Source: an uncultured Actinomycetes bacterium (GTDB lineage Bacteria > Actinomycetota > Acidimicrobiia > IMCC26256 > DASPTH01). Taken from it: a stretch of DNA of 64,000 bases. The stretch lies in contig CAVWPI010000001.1 of NCBI GenBank assembly GCA_963756895.1, positions 50,664-114,663 of the forward strand, written 5' to 3'. Within the stretch, counting starts at the first letter, position 1; each line of letters opens with the position of its first letter. This document shows positions 8,045 to 19,266 of the stretch, piece after piece. A model generated the notes under the pieces. It was given only the letters and a program-made list of their open reading frames with translations, ran no database searches and was not told the origin of the DNA. The position numbers were made by a program, and so were the translations under genes.

Positions 8045-10310
8045 TTAACGCCTGGGGTCACCCCGAGCGCCACGGGGGGTGCGCCACGAGGCCCGGGCCT
8101 CCTCGTAGACCGCCTCGCGGGCCTCCGCAACGACCGCGGGAGCGCAGCGTGCCTCCACCAGCGCACACGCCCGGGTCCCCCGCGGGCCGCCAGGGCGGCG
8201 TCCCGCAGGAACGGTTCCAGCCGCGCCGAGAGCTCCCGGGTGTCGCCGGAGGCGAACTGGGTCAGACCGACGTCGCCCGGCTCGGCGATCTCGGCCAGGC
8301 CGGCACGAGTGGAGCACACCACCGGCCGCCCGGCGGCCATGGCCTCGAGCCCGGCCTGCGAGAAGGAGTCGAACCGGCTCGCCACCGCGACGACCCTGGC
8401 TCGGGCGTACCAGTCGAACAGCTCGTTCCGGGCGATGTGGCCGGTGAACCGGCAGCGGACGCCGGCGCGCTCCGCTCCGCGGCGATGGCCTCGACGCTGG
8501 AGCCGCCGTCGGGCAGGGTGACCGCTCCGCCGACGAACACGAGCTCGACCTCCCCGACGGTGGTGCCGAGCCGCGCCGCGGCGTCCACCAGGAGGTCGGC
8601 GCCCTTGGCGTCGCTGACGTCCCCGACCGCGAGCACGACGGGCGCGGTGTCGCCCGCGGGCTCGACGGTCTGCCACGTCGCCACGTCGATCGCGTGGGGG
8701 ATGACCCTCGCGTGTCGTGCGCCTGCCCATCCCGCGTGTGCGAGCTCGTCGGCCAGGAACCGCGACGGCGCGACGGTCACCGTCGCGCAGCGCGCGCCGA
8801 GGCGCTCGATGCGGTCCGAGACCCGCAGGTGCCATCCCGGTCGGAAACCCCAATACGGCACGACGGCGCCGAGGGGGCCGTGGAGCTCCACCACGAGCGG
8901 CCGGGTGCGGAGCACGCCGAACGCGAGCCCCTCGGCCAGGTGCTCGGGCGCCTCGACGACGTCGGCGTCGAAACCGAGGCGGCGGTACTCGACGTAGTTG
9001 GTGGCGGCCGCGTTCAGGCGGGTGAGCGGGCTCGTCCACGCCGGGACCTCGGGAGCGCGGAGCCGGTCGACCACGGGCCGGACCACCGGGTTCGACACCA
9101 ACCGCGTCGAGCCGCGTGGGCGGAGGTGGCGACGCCGGTGGATCCACACCCCGGCCTCACAGGCGTCGCGGGGCCGGGTCGGATTGAACGGTGAGCAGTT
9201 GAGGATGTGGACCTCGTGGCCGCGCGCGGCCATCGCCCGCGAGATCACCTCCAGGTAGACACCGAAGGAGAAGCCCGTCTCGTGCGACAGGTAGAGGATC
9301 TTCACGCGGTGTCGGACACTCGCGGGGTGTCGCGGGCGGGGAACGAACGACTTGGCCACCCGGAAGAGGTCGTTCCGACTCGGGTGCACGCCCAGCAGTC
9401 CTGACGCGGCGTGGAGCCGCGACCCGAGACCGGCGCCCGGGTCACGCGCGTCGTGTAGGTACACGCTCCGGAGGGCGTGTTCGTACTCGCGGAGGCGGGG
9501 CGTCCACTCGTCGGACCACTCCGGATGCTTCTTCGCGAGCTCTCGGAAGAAGGGGAGCGAGTTCTCCCACGCCGCGACCTGGTCCCGACTGAGGCTCGTG
9601 TGCTGGCGGTCGTGGACTGCCAGCGCCTCCCGCACCGCGCCGAACGACGCGCCCGCGAGCGCCAGCCGGAGCAGGAGGTCGTAGCAGTCGACCCCTGGGG
9701 CCGCTTCGTTCATCGGTCCGACCCGACGGATCCACTCCGTGCGCACGACCAGCGTGCACTGCGTCACGAAATTCGAGCGGATGATGTCGCGCACGACCAC
9801 CCCGTGAGGCATCGCCCCCGTGCGGCGCCGATAGAACTCCAGCTCGCTCATGAGGAGCCCGCTCTCCTCCGAGGCGTCGTCGAGGTAGACGGCGTCCGAG
9901 TACACCGCGCCGAAGTCGCCCTCCCTGAACACGGCCAACTGCTTGTCGAGCTTCTCGGGGAACCACCAATCGTCCTGGTCGAGGAAGGCGACGAACTCTC
10001 CCGTCGAGTGTTGGATGGCATGGTTGCGGGGGCGGGCCGGAGCGCCACTGTTCGGGATCGCCAGCACCCGGATGCGTTCGTCGGCCGCCGCGAAGCACCG
10101 GGCGAGTGCGAGCGACTCGTCGGTGGACCCGTCGTCGACGAGGATCAGCTCGAGTCGCTCGTACGTCTGGGAGCGGACCGACTCGACCGCGCGTGCGAGG
10201 AGATCGCCGGCGTTGTAGATCGGCACGACCACGCTGACCAGCCCGGCGCCGTCTCCGGCGGCCGGCCGGTTGGCGAACGGGTCCGCCCAGCTCGTCGGAC
10301 GTCTCGTCAC
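8045..10310 (-). CDS. two-domain GT2 + GT4 glycosyltransferase, reading frame interrupted
   Basis: GTG at 10310 gives a GTGA overlap with the upstream stop. GT2 part: VSVVVPIYNAGDLLARAVESVRSQTYERLELILVDDGSTDES...FLDQDDWW. GT4 part runs from VKILYLSHETGF. After ~8465 it continues in the frame of ORF 8026..9147 (RFTGHIARNELFDWYARARVVAVASRFDSFSQAGLEAMAAGRPVVCS). It may shift again near 8165-8200 into ORF 8045..8317. Confidence 0.6.
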
Positions 10311-11086
10311 GGCGCGCCGGGGCGCTTCACCGCCCGGGCGGTGACGATGAGCTCGTAGACCGGATCGCGGTGGTCGAGCTCGCGGGTCCGGAGCTCGGCC
10401 ACCGTGATGCCGTGGAGCAGGGCGATCGCCGACAGGACGTTGCCGTGCGCCTCGACCTCCACCCGTTCCTCGTCGAACTCGGCCTCGAGGAGGGTCCGGG
10501 TGGAACGGGAGGTGAGGCGCCAGTACTCGCCCCACCGGTCGATCGCGCTCGAATCGAGCTGGCTGATCCCGTGCGTGGTGAGCAGCAGCGTGCCTCCCGG
10601 CTTCAGGATCCGGTGCAGGTGCCGGAGCGCGGCCGGGATGTCGAAGATCATCTGGATGGTCTGCACGCAGATGATGCAGTCGAACGAATCTGCGGGGACG
10701 TGGTCGGCGGTGGTCAGGTCGGCGACGATGGTGGCGAGCGGATTCGCATCGTCGACGTGGAGGATGTCGCTCTTCGTCACGCGATCACGACCGAATTTCG
10801 TGGTGTACATGCGGTCCTGGATCTCGAGGACGTCGCCGCGGATGTCGTCGGCGTGCCGGGCCAGGAACTTCTCCATGTAGTAGCGGTCGATCGGCTGCCC
10901 GCGCCAGGCCCCGTGGTCGACGCCGATCGGTTGCAACCGCCGCAGGCTCCCGAACCGCACGAGGCCGACCGGTGGCCGGCCCCCGAGCCAGACGCGCACC
11001 CGGTCGGCGCGGCGGAGCAGCTTGGGTCCCGGTGCTCGGGCGAAGGCGATGGCGCGCCCGACGTAGCCGTTCGGATCGGGCCGCAT
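10307..11086 (-). CDS. class I SAM-dependent methyltransferase
   Basis: ORF 10307..11134 (TTG); ATG at 11086 preferred. Motifs DVLEIQDRMYT, DSFDCIICVQTIQMIFD and LKPGGTLLLTTHG. Confidence 0.8.
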   Translation of the reverse strand: MRPDPNGYVGRAIAFARAPGPKLLRRADRVRVWLGGRPPVGLVRFGSLRRLQPIGVDHGAWRGQPIDRYYMEKFLARHADDIRGDVLEIQDRMYTTKFGRDRVTKSDILHVDDANPLATIVADLTTADHVPADSFDCIICVQTIQMIFDIPAALRHLHRILKPGGTLLLTTHGISQLDSSAIDRWGEYWRLTSRSTRTLLEAEFDEERVEVEAHGNVLSAIALLHGITVAELRTRELDHRDPVYELIVTARAVKRPGAP

Positions 11087-11155
11087 GCGCGTCAAGGTAC
11101 CGCGGCTGACCGATCTCACGTCCAGTCGTCGCAATGTGACGCAACGTGGTCAGAT

Positions 11156-12178
11156 TCAGCCGACCGTCGAGCGCTTCCGATGTCTGCCGGCGACCTGACC
11201 GCGCGCCGGCGACCACCGAGCCCGCCCAGTACCACGCGCTCGCGGGCGCCGGCGCGAGACGCGGCTCCTCGCCGCGGCTTCCACCAGGAGTCGGCCCACC
11301 GCGCCCGGCGGACGCGTCGGGCCGGTCCGGCGCTTCACGATCGTCAGCATCTCCGCCTGCATCCGGCGGTCGAGCACACGTCGGAGATCGGCGGGGTCGG
11401 CGAGCGCGGCCCCGAACCGGTCGAGGAACCGGCGCTTGACGCGCCACTCGTTGGCGACGCTGGCGAACGTGGCCATGTACCCGTCGTCGACGCGCACCTG
11501 TCCACCGGCGACGGTGTTCAGGGCCTCCTGGTGGAAGGTGATGCCGACGAGGGGCCGGGCCAGGTAGCCGACCTCGCCGGCGCCGCAGACCAGGCGCAAG
11601 GAGAGCCCGACGTCGTCCGCGGTCCGGTCCTCGGCGGCGAAGCACTCGGTGGACGAGACGATGCTCCGGCGCACCAGCGCGGTCGCGTAGCTGATGTAGT
11701 ACGGCGACTCGAGCAGCCGGCGCACCACGGACTGGCTCGGCGCGACCCAGTCGTTCGGCCCACCCGGGTACTCATCGGACTCCTCGTCCTCGTCGCCCGG
11801 GGTTTGCGTGATGCGCCGGAACGCCGAGTGCACCAGGCCGACGGCGGGGTGCTCGTCCAGGAAGGCCACCTTCTGCTCGAGGTGGCCGGGCAACATCACG
11901 TCGTCGTCGGGCAGCACCGTGAGGTAGGGCGCGGTGCCCGCGTGGAGTCCGACCGAGAGGTTGACGAAGTGACCGAGGTTGCGCTCGTTGCGGAGGTAGT
12001 GGACACGCGGATCACCGAACGACGCGACGACCGAAGCGGTGTCGTCGTCCGACGCGTTGTCCGACACGAAGACCTCGACGTCGCCGAACGACTGCTCCAG
12101 CACGCTGCCGAGCGTGCGACGGAGCCGTGGCGCACGGTTGTAGGTCGGGATCGTGACGGTGACACGCGGCGAACCCAT
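11156..12178 (-). CDS. glycosyltransferase family 2
   Basis: C-terminal 340 aa of ORF 11156..12712; ATG at 12178. Motifs VTVTIPTYNRAPRLRRTLGSVLEQSFGDVEVFVSDNASDDDT and LPDDDVM. Confidence 0.85.
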   Translation of the reverse strand: MGSPRVTVTIPTYNRAPRLRRTLGSVLEQSFGDVEVFVSDNASDDDTASVVASFGDPRVHYLRNERNLGHFVNLSVGLHAGTAPYLTVLPDDDVMLPGHLEQKVAFLDEHPAVGLVHSAFRRITQTPGDEDEESDEYPGGPNDWVAPSQSVVRRLLESPYYISYATALVRRSIVSSTECFAAEDRTADDVGLSLRLVCGAGEVGYLARPLVGITFHQEALNTVAGGQVRVDDGYMATFASVANEWRVKRRFLDRFGAALADPADLRRVLDRRMQAEMLTIVKRRTGPTRPPGAVGRLLVEAAARSRVSRRRPRARGTGRARWSPARGQVAGRHRKRSTVG

Positions 12179-12201
12179 GGCGCGCCAACGGTAGTTCGCC
12201 G

Positions 12202-12840
12202 CTAGTCGTCGACGAGCCGGGCGACGAGGTCCAGGTGACGTGGCTCCGTCACGTGGATGTTGGCGACGTCGCCGGGGATGATGACGACCCGGCCGCCGGC
12301 GCGCTCCACCAGCTCCGTGTCCTCGACCGCGTCGGGCTCGTCGGCGTGGACCGACCGGAGCACGGACGCGCGGAAGGCATGGGGGGTCTGGAGCACGACC
12401 ATCGCACCATGAGGCACGGTCTCGATGACGGTGCCCTCGACCGTGACGCGCTTCAAGGGCTCGACCAGTGCGAGTCCCGGTGCGGCCGCGTCGGCGCCGG
12501 CGCGCACCGCGGCGACGACGTCGCCGAAGAGGCGGAGCGGCGCGAGGGGGTGGGCCGGATCGTGCACGACGACGATCTCCGCGGTCGCGGGAACCCTTTG
12601 CAGACCGGCGCGCACCGATGCCGCCCGGGTGCGCCCGCCGGCGACGACCTCGTCGACGCGGTCGCCCTCCCAGCCGACGCCGGACGGCAGCACCACGACG
12701 ATGCCGTCGCACACCGTCCGCAGGCGCCGCACGACCCGGTCGGCGAGCGTCACGCCGTGCACCTCGGCGAACTGCTTCCGTCCACCGAAGCGGCTGCCGT
12801 CGCCGGCGGCGACGAGCAGACCCCAGACCCCGCCCGTCAT
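12202..12840 (-). CDS. IspD/TarI-family cytidylyltransferase
   Basis: C-terminal 212 aa of ORF 12202..13206; ATG at 12840. Motifs LLVAAGDGSRFGGRKQF, VVHDPAHPL and LQTPHAF match the IspD fold signature. Confidence 0.8.
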   Translation of the reverse strand: MTGGVWGLLVAAGDGSRFGGRKQFAEVHGVTLADRVVRRLRTVCDGIVVVLPSGVGWEGDRVDEVVAGGRTRAASVRAGLQRVPATAEIVVVHDPAHPLAPLRLFGDVVAAVRAGADAAAPGLALVEPLKRVTVEGTVIETVPHGAMVVLQTPHAFRASVLRSVHADEPDAVEDTELVERAGGRVVIIPGDVANIHVTEPRHLDLVARLVDD

Positions 12841-12853
12841 CTCGTCGCGGACG

Positions 12854-14099
12854 TCACGCGAAGCGGGGCTCGGGGATCGGGACGAGGAACCGGCCGCCGC
12901 GGTTGCGGTACTCGGCCTGTTGGTCGAGCACCTCCTCGGCGAAGTTCCACACGAAGAGCACGGTGTCGTCGGGCTGGTCGGCGACGAGCCGTTCGACCGG
13001 CGAGATCGGGATGCGAGTGCCGGGCACCAGCCGGTCGTGCTTGTGCGGGTTGCGGTCGACGACGAAGTCGATGGTCTCCTCGCCGAGCCCGAGCGCGTTG
13101 AGCAGCACGGTGGCCTTCGCCGCGGCGCCGTACCCGGCGACGCGTCGACCCTGCGCGCGCAGGTCGCCGAGGATGTCGCGCAACGCGTCGCAGAGGAGAT
13201 CGACACGCGTTCCGAAGTCGCGGTAGTACGAGATGTCGTCGACGCCGAGCCGGGCTTCCTCGTCGAGCAGCGCGTCGACGGCCGGTCCGACGGGCGCGGC
13301 GCCGGCGAGCGCGGCCGTCACCCGGAGGGAGCCGCCGTGGATCGGGATCCGCTCGACGTCGACCACCTCGAGGCCCTCGGCCGCGAGGAGGTGACGGAGC
13401 GACGAGAGCGAGTAGTAGAAGAGGTGCTCGTGGTAGATGGTGTCGAACTCGACCGCGTCCACGAGGTCACGGACGTACGGCGTCTCGATCACGAAGCGGC
13501 CGTCGTCGCGCAGCACGCGTGCGGCGCCCTGCAGCACGCCGGTGATGTCGGGCACGTGGGCCAGCACGTTGTTGGCGTGCAGCACCGACGCCCGCTGTCC
13601 TGACGCCGCGGAGCTCGTCGGCGACGCGCGTGCCGAAGAAGTCGCACACGGTGGGGATCCCCCGTGCCACCGCGACCTCGGCGACGTTCTCGGCCGGATC
13701 GATGCCGAGCACCGGCACGCCCAGGGCGCGGTAGTGCTCGAGGAGGTAGCCGTCATTGCTCGCGATCTCCATCGCGAGGTCGGAGGACCCCAGCCTGCGC
13801 GCGGTCACGAGGGACGTTGCCAACTCGCGCGCGTTCTCGACGACGGTCGGCGCGTACGACGAGAAGTACGCGTAGTCCGTGAACATCACCTCCGGCGCGA
13901 CCGACACGGTCAGCTGCACGAGCCCACAGGCGTTGCAGAAGGCGACGTCGAGCGGGTACCGCGCCTCGGGCTCGTCGGCGTCGGCCACCGGCCGGAGCGC
14001 GTTGGCCAACGGCTGGTCGCCGAGCGAGAGGATGGTCTCGAGTGATTCGCTTCCGCAGCCTCGGCAGGGGGAGCTCGGGGGAGCGTTCAGTCTTCCCAC
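12854..14099 (-). CDS. NDP-hexose C-methyltransferase (TylCIII-like), frameshifted
   Basis: N-terminal zinc-ribbon CRGCGS...CNACGLVQL and MT domain in ORF 13467..14099. After ~13610 it continues in ORF 12854..13756 (LHANNVLAHVPDITGVLQGAARVLRDDGRFVIETPY...HEHLFYYS...GYGAAAKATVLLN...PHKHDRLVPGTRIPI). Confidence 0.7.
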
Positions 14100-14899
14100 A
14101 CCTTCCAGGGAGCGGCGCCGCTCTTCCAGAGCTCTTCCAGCTCGGTGTAGTCGCGCCAGGTGTCCATGCCCATCCAGAACCCCTCGTGGGGGAACACCGC
14201 GAGCTCACCGTCGCGCGCCAACTTCTGCAGCGGACCCTTCTCGAGGGTGAGCGCAGGGTCGTCGTCGAGGTAGTCGAAGAACGCCCGGTCGAAGACGAAG
14301 AAGCCGCCGCTGACGAAGCCCTCGGAGACGGTCGGCTTCTCGTTGAACTCGAGTGCCATGCCCCCCTCGACCTCGAGCTCGCCGTATCGCGACGTGGGGC
14401 GCACGCCGGTCACCGTGCCGACCCGGCCGTTGTCGCGGTGGAACTCGAGGAGCCGCGGGATGTCCACGTCGGCGACCCCGTCGCCGTAGGTGAACAGGAA
14501 CGTGTCGGTGTCGATGTAGTCGCGGATGCGTCGCACCCGCGCACCGGTGCCGGCGTGGAGCCCGGTCTCCACACAGGTGACCTCCCACGGTTCGTCGCCC
14601 ATCGAGTTGTGGAAGACCGGCTCGTGGTCGCCGTGGAGACGGATGGTGAAGTCGGAGAGGTACTCGCGATGGCGGAGGAAGAGCTCTTTGATCAGCGCGC
14701 TGCGGTACCCGAGGCAGAGCGTGAAGCGCTCGAGCCCGTAGTGGCCGAAGATCTTCATGATGTGCCAGAGGATGGGCTGCTCGCCGATCTCGACCAGCGG
14801 CTTCGGCACCCGTTCACCGGTGATCTCGCGCAGGCGGGTACCCATCCCGCCCGCGAGGATGACGACGGGGAGTCGGGAGATGTCCTCCGGCTCGGTCAT
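14087..14899 (-). CDS. rfbF: glucose-1-phosphate cytidylyltransferase
   Basis: C-terminal part of ORF 14087..15145; ATG at 14899 (alternative at 14917). Motifs VVILAGGMGTRLREITGERVPKPLVEIGEQPILWHIMKIF and the RfbF-typical tail GFWMGMDTWRDYTELEELWKSGAAPWKVW. Confidence 0.85.
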   Translation of the reverse strand: MTEPEDISRLPVVILAGGMGTRLREITGERVPKPLVEIGEQPILWHIMKIFGHYGLERFTLCLGYRSALIKELFLRHREYLSDFTIRLHGDHEPVFHNSMGDEPWEVTCVETGLHAGTGARVRRIRDYIDTDTFLFTYGDGVADVDIPRLLEFHRDNGRVGTVTGVRPTSRYGELEVEGGMALEFNEKPTVSEGFVSGGFFVFDRAFFDYLDDDPALTLEKGPLQKLARDGELAVFPHEGFWMGMDTWRDYTELEELWKSGAAPWKVWED

Positions 14900-15174
14900 C
14901 GGGCCTCGGTCGGACATACTGGGCGGACCCGGCCGTCGGACACGTTCGCGCGCGGATGCGGGTCGTGATCGGCGAGGGAGCGTGATCCCATCGGCGAATC
15001 GTAACGTGAGGTCACCGGCACAGGCTCGTCGGAGCTTCCGCGGATCGGGTGGAACCATGAAGGCGCTCAGGGCGGCGGAACGGGCGCTGTCGCGGGTCGA
15101 GGTCCTCGGCTGGCGTCGCGCCCTCGTCCGGCGGTCCGAGGACATCAGCTGCCCGGTCGGCGCGCGCGTCGTGC

Positions 15175-15873
15175 ATGGTGCTCGCCGCCCACCCCGACGA
15201 CGAGACCATCGGGTGTGGCGCCATGATCGCGAGGAAGCGTGCTGCGGGCACGAAGGTGACGATCGTGATCGCGACCGACGGCCGGTACTCGACCCGCTCG
15301 CGTCGCGTGACCGAGGGCGAGTTGGCGGCGATCCGGACCGAGGAGGCCGTGCGCGCGGCCGAGGCGCTCGGTGTGGCCCGCGACGACGTGGTCTTCCTGC
15401 CCCACGACGACCTCTCGCTGGTGTTGTGCGTCCCGACGCTGGTCGACGAGCTCACCGAGGTCGTCGAACGGATCGGCGTACCCGACGAGCTCTTCGTGAC
15501 CTCGGCCCGCGACGGGCACACCGATCACGTGTCCCTGCACGAGGCGGCGCAGCGTCTCCGGCCGGTGCTCGGGGATGGCTGCCGCATGTTCGAGTACCCC
15601 ACCTGGTACTGGTACGCCGGCCCCGGCCGGAGCGGAGCTGCCGGACGTGTGCGGCGTGAATGGCGCACGCTGCGTCGCCTGGTTCGCAACGTGCGGACCA
15701 CTCCGACGGTGCGGGTCGCCACTGGAGGTCACCTCACCGACAAGCGGCGCGCGCTGGCCTGCTACGCGAGTCAGACGACCCGCCTCACCGGCGAGGACGC
15801 GTGGCAGATCCTGCCGCCCGACTTCCTCCGGTGCCTCCTCGGCCGCGCCGAGGTCTTCTTCCCGCTGCGCTGA
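15175..15873 (+). CDS. PIG-L/LmbE-family N-acetylglucosaminyl deacetylase
   Basis: Motif VLAAHPDDETIGCGAMI, followed by TDG and HTDH. The start may lie slightly upstream at a non-ATG codon. Confidence 0.8.
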   Translation: MVLAAHPDDETIGCGAMIARKRAAGTKVTIVIATDGRYSTRSRRVTEGELAAIRTEEAVRAAEALGVARDDVVFLPHDDLSLVLCVPTLVDELTEVVERIGVPDELFVTSARDGHTDHVSLHEAAQRLRPVLGDGCRMFEYPTWYWYAGPGRSGAAGRVRREWRTLRRLVRNVRTTPTVRVATGGHLTDKRRALACYASQTTRLTGEDAWQILPPDFLRCLLGRAEVFFPLR

Positions 15874-15888
15874 CCCGGGTCGCCGCCG

Positions 15889-18127
15889 TCATCCGCGAGC
15901 GATCCACGACGACAGCCGTTCGATCCCTGCCTCGTACTCGCCCAGTGGGTCGTGGGTCAGCGCGAGTCGGCGGCTCGCAGCGCCCATCTCCTCCGCCAGG
16001 CGGCGATCCCCGAGCACCTCGACCAGGGCGGCCGCGAGCGCGTCGGGATCGTCACGCCTCACCAGCCGACCGCTGTCGTCATCGATCAGTTCCTCCGGCC
16101 CACCCGCGCGTGGCGATCACCGCGCGTCCCGCCGCCATCGATTCGAGCACGATCCGGCCCAGGCCCTCCGAGCGCGACGGCAGGCACAGGCACCACGACG
16201 TGTCGAGCATCTCGCGCACCACGGGTCGCGGGAGCCGCTGCGCCATGGTCACCGTCGATCCGATGCCGAGGTGCTCGATCTGCGCTCGCAGCACGGCCTC
16301 CTCGGTACCCGCACCGATCATGGTGAGCAGCGCATCGGGGACGGAGGCGATGACCTTGGGCCATGCCTCCACGAGCACGTCTGCACCCTTGTAGCGCTCG
16401 AACCCGCCGGCGAAGAGCACGTGGGGTCGCGGCGGCAGCGGACGCGGAAGCGGCTCGTAGAAGGCGGCGTAGTCGCTGAACGCGATGTGGTTCTCGATGT
16501 CTCCCCGGTAGCCGGTGTCCCGCGTCAGGCCGGCGAGCCAGAGGCTCACGACCCGCACCCGGTCCGCGTGGTGCACGGCCCAACTGGCCAGGCCGTCGGC
16601 CACCAACGCCAGCCAGCGCCGGTGCACGCTCCCGCACAGCCGGGTCGCGGTGCGCCAGTCGCCGTGGATCTCCACCTGGATCCGTGGTCGCCAACGCTTC
16701 GGGATCGCCTTGCCGAACACGAGCGCGCCGACCGCCTCGTACGGACTCTGGCACACGATCGCAGCCTGCCTGCGGCCTGCGGCCGCGCCGAGGGCGACGA
16801 TCGGCGCGACGAGGTAGAAGGTCGGCGTCGAGAGGAACTTCGGCCGACCGGCCCGCAGTGCCACGACGCGCACGCCGGGCCCGCGCTCGACGTGGGATCG
16901 GGTCCCCGAACCGATCACGACCGTGTCGAGGTGCCGGTCGTGGATGGCGAACTTCTTCCGCTGATCGTCGTCGAGGGTCACCGCGTTCTTCCCGAGGAAC
17001 ACGGCGCGGGGACGCCGCTTCGCGACGGAGCGGAAGACACCCTCGAGTCGATCGGTGGACCGTTCGATGCTCCAGGTCTGGCCGCTGACCGCGGCACCCT
17101 CGCGGAGCCGGGCCAGGCGTTCGGGGTCGGCGGCGAGCGCGCTGAACGCAGCGGCGAACCCGTCGGAGCTGGCGTCGACGAGGACACCGTTGGCGCCGTC
17201 CTCGATCACGTCGACCGTCCCCGCGTCGCGGGTCGCGATCACCGGCGTCCCCGATGCCAGCGCTTCGATCAGGACGTGCGGGAGGCCCTCGTAGCTGCTG
17301 GCGAGCACGAACACGTCCGCCGCCCGCATCCGCTCCATCACCTCGTCGTGCGACCGCGCGCCCAGGAACCGGACGCGGTCGGACACGCCGTCGTCCTCGG
17401 CGCGACGGCGGAGCGCCGCCGCTTCTGGACCGTCGCCGACGATGTCGAGACGGGCCTCGGGCACTCGGGCGACCGCACCGATGAGCAGCTCGATGCGCTT
17501 CCACGGCACGAGCCGACCGGCGAAGAGCGCGTGCACTCCCGACGAGGTGCCGTGCTCCGGCGCGGTCGCGGCCGGGATCCGCACGCCGTTGGGGACGACG
17601 TCGATGTCGTCACGACCCGACCAACCCCGCACCGTGTGCCGCAGGTGCTCGCTGGGAGTGACCACCGCGGTCGCCCGCCGGGCCGTCCAGGCCCGTAACG
17701 CCTTCATGGCCCGGACGGTGACCGACCGGTTCGGTTCGTCCTGGAAGGCGTCGAAGGTCGCGCTCGTCAGCCCCCGTCGGACGGCGCGCTCCCACGCCGG
17801 ATCGCCGACGATCTTCAGCACGACGGGGGACCGCCCCAGCCGAGCGCCCGCCACCGCGGCGGGCCCCAGCCCGGTGGCGTAGACCACGTCGGACCGACGG
17901 CTCCGCAGCGCGATCCACCCCGTCGCCAGGGCATTGCGGACGGGCCAGGGCCAGCGGCGGGGGAGCCGGACCATGCCCTCGCGGTGCGACCACGTCGGTT
18001 CGTCGGTAGGGGCGATCAGCTCGACCTCGTGGCCCCGCTCGACGAGCTCTTGTCGCAGATCGGCGACGTGGGTGGCCGGACCCCCGATGTCAGGGGGGAA
18101 GATTCCGGAGACGAGCAGCACTCTCAT
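15889..18127 (-). CDS. tandem GT4-GT4 glycosyltransferase (apparent fusion), frameshifted near the 3' end
   Basis: ORF 16079..18127 has two complete GT-B units: MRVLLVSGIFPPDIGGPATH...SSYEGLPHVLIEALASGTPVIAT, and from about aa 375 ...PSRSEGLGRIVLESMAAGRAVIAT. After ~16110 the canonical GT4 tail VGGPEELIDDDSGRLVRRDDPDALAAALVEVLGDRRLAEEMG...WIARG continues in another frame to the stop at 15889. Confidence 0.65.
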
Positions 18128-18245
18128 CGTTCGCCTCCGCCCGGGGGCCCGCCGCCAGCGTTCAAGGTATCTCGCAGAGGGTCACGGAGCGTAGAGCCTC
18201 GCCCCCCAGGGTGTTGCATTCCGGCCGTCCGGAGGGCTCGTCGCC

Positions 18246-19260
18246 TCACGTGACCACGTCGAGGACGCGGTCCGCCCAGTGATCGACCGAGTGGTCCCGT
18301 TCGACCTGCTCGCGGAGCCGGCGGCCGATGGCCCGGCGGTCGAGCGACGCGAACCGGCGGAGACGGTCGGCGAGGGCTTCGTCGTCGCGGCGGGGGAATC
18401 GCAGCTCCCGGGGGAGCAGGTCCTCGAAGATCGGGTTCGACGCGAACACGGGCAGGCACGTGGCCGCGGCCTCGTAGACGACCTTGTCGGGCGCCCCCAT
18501 CCGCATGTTGTTGACGAGGGCGTCGGCCCGGGCCAGCAGCGCCGGCACCCGGCTCCGCGGCACCGGCCCTTCGAGGCAGACGCGTGCCCCGACGCCGAGT
18601 TCCTCCGTGAGACGCTCGAGCCCGGCGCGGCAGCGGCGCTCCTCCGCGGTCAGCGCCGGTCCGTAGTGGGTGAGCGTCGCCTCCGAGACCCGCGCCACGG
18701 CACGGACCACGGTGTCGATGCCCTTGGCGTCCGAGTACCGACCCAGCGACAGCAGGCGCAGCCCGGCGTCACCCGAGCGCTCGACGCAGGCGAACTCGTC
18801 GAGGTCGATCCCGTGTCCGATCGCGGTCACCTTGGGCGACGCCATCGGGAAGGACCGCACGTCGACCGTCACGACCACGTTCGACGCGCGTTCCGCGAGG
18901 GTGAGGGCACGGCTCGTCTGCCACTGCGTGTACCAGAGCACGACGGGCACCCGCAGTGGACGGCAGAGCGGCGCCGCGAGCACCGCGTAGATCGGTGACA
19001 TGTGGGCGAGCACCGCGACCGGTCTCGGCCGCAGCTCCGCCGCCAGTGCGGCCTCGAAGCGCAGCCCGCGTTCCGCTCGTGACGCGCCGCCCACCACGTG
19101 GACGCGGACAGTTCGATGGGAGGGAGCCGGCCGTGGCTTCGAGCGCGATCACGACGACCTCGTCGACGCGGCGCGCGAGCGCGCGGATCTTGGCCACCGT
19201 GGCGCCGAGCGCGGGATGCTCCGGATCGACCACCTGGGTGATGAAGACGAACCGTCGCAT
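18246..19260 (-). CDS. GT-B glycosyltransferase, frameshifted
   Basis: N-terminus in ORF 18769..19260 (MRRFVFITQVVDPEHPALGATVAKIRALARRVDEVVVIAL...SLPSN). After ~19108 it continues in ORF 18246..19097 (VRVHVVGGASRAERGL...IGHGIDLDEF...DKVVYEAAATCLPVFASN). Paralog of 20073..21186. Confidence 0.65.
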
Positions 19261-19266
19261 CGGTGG

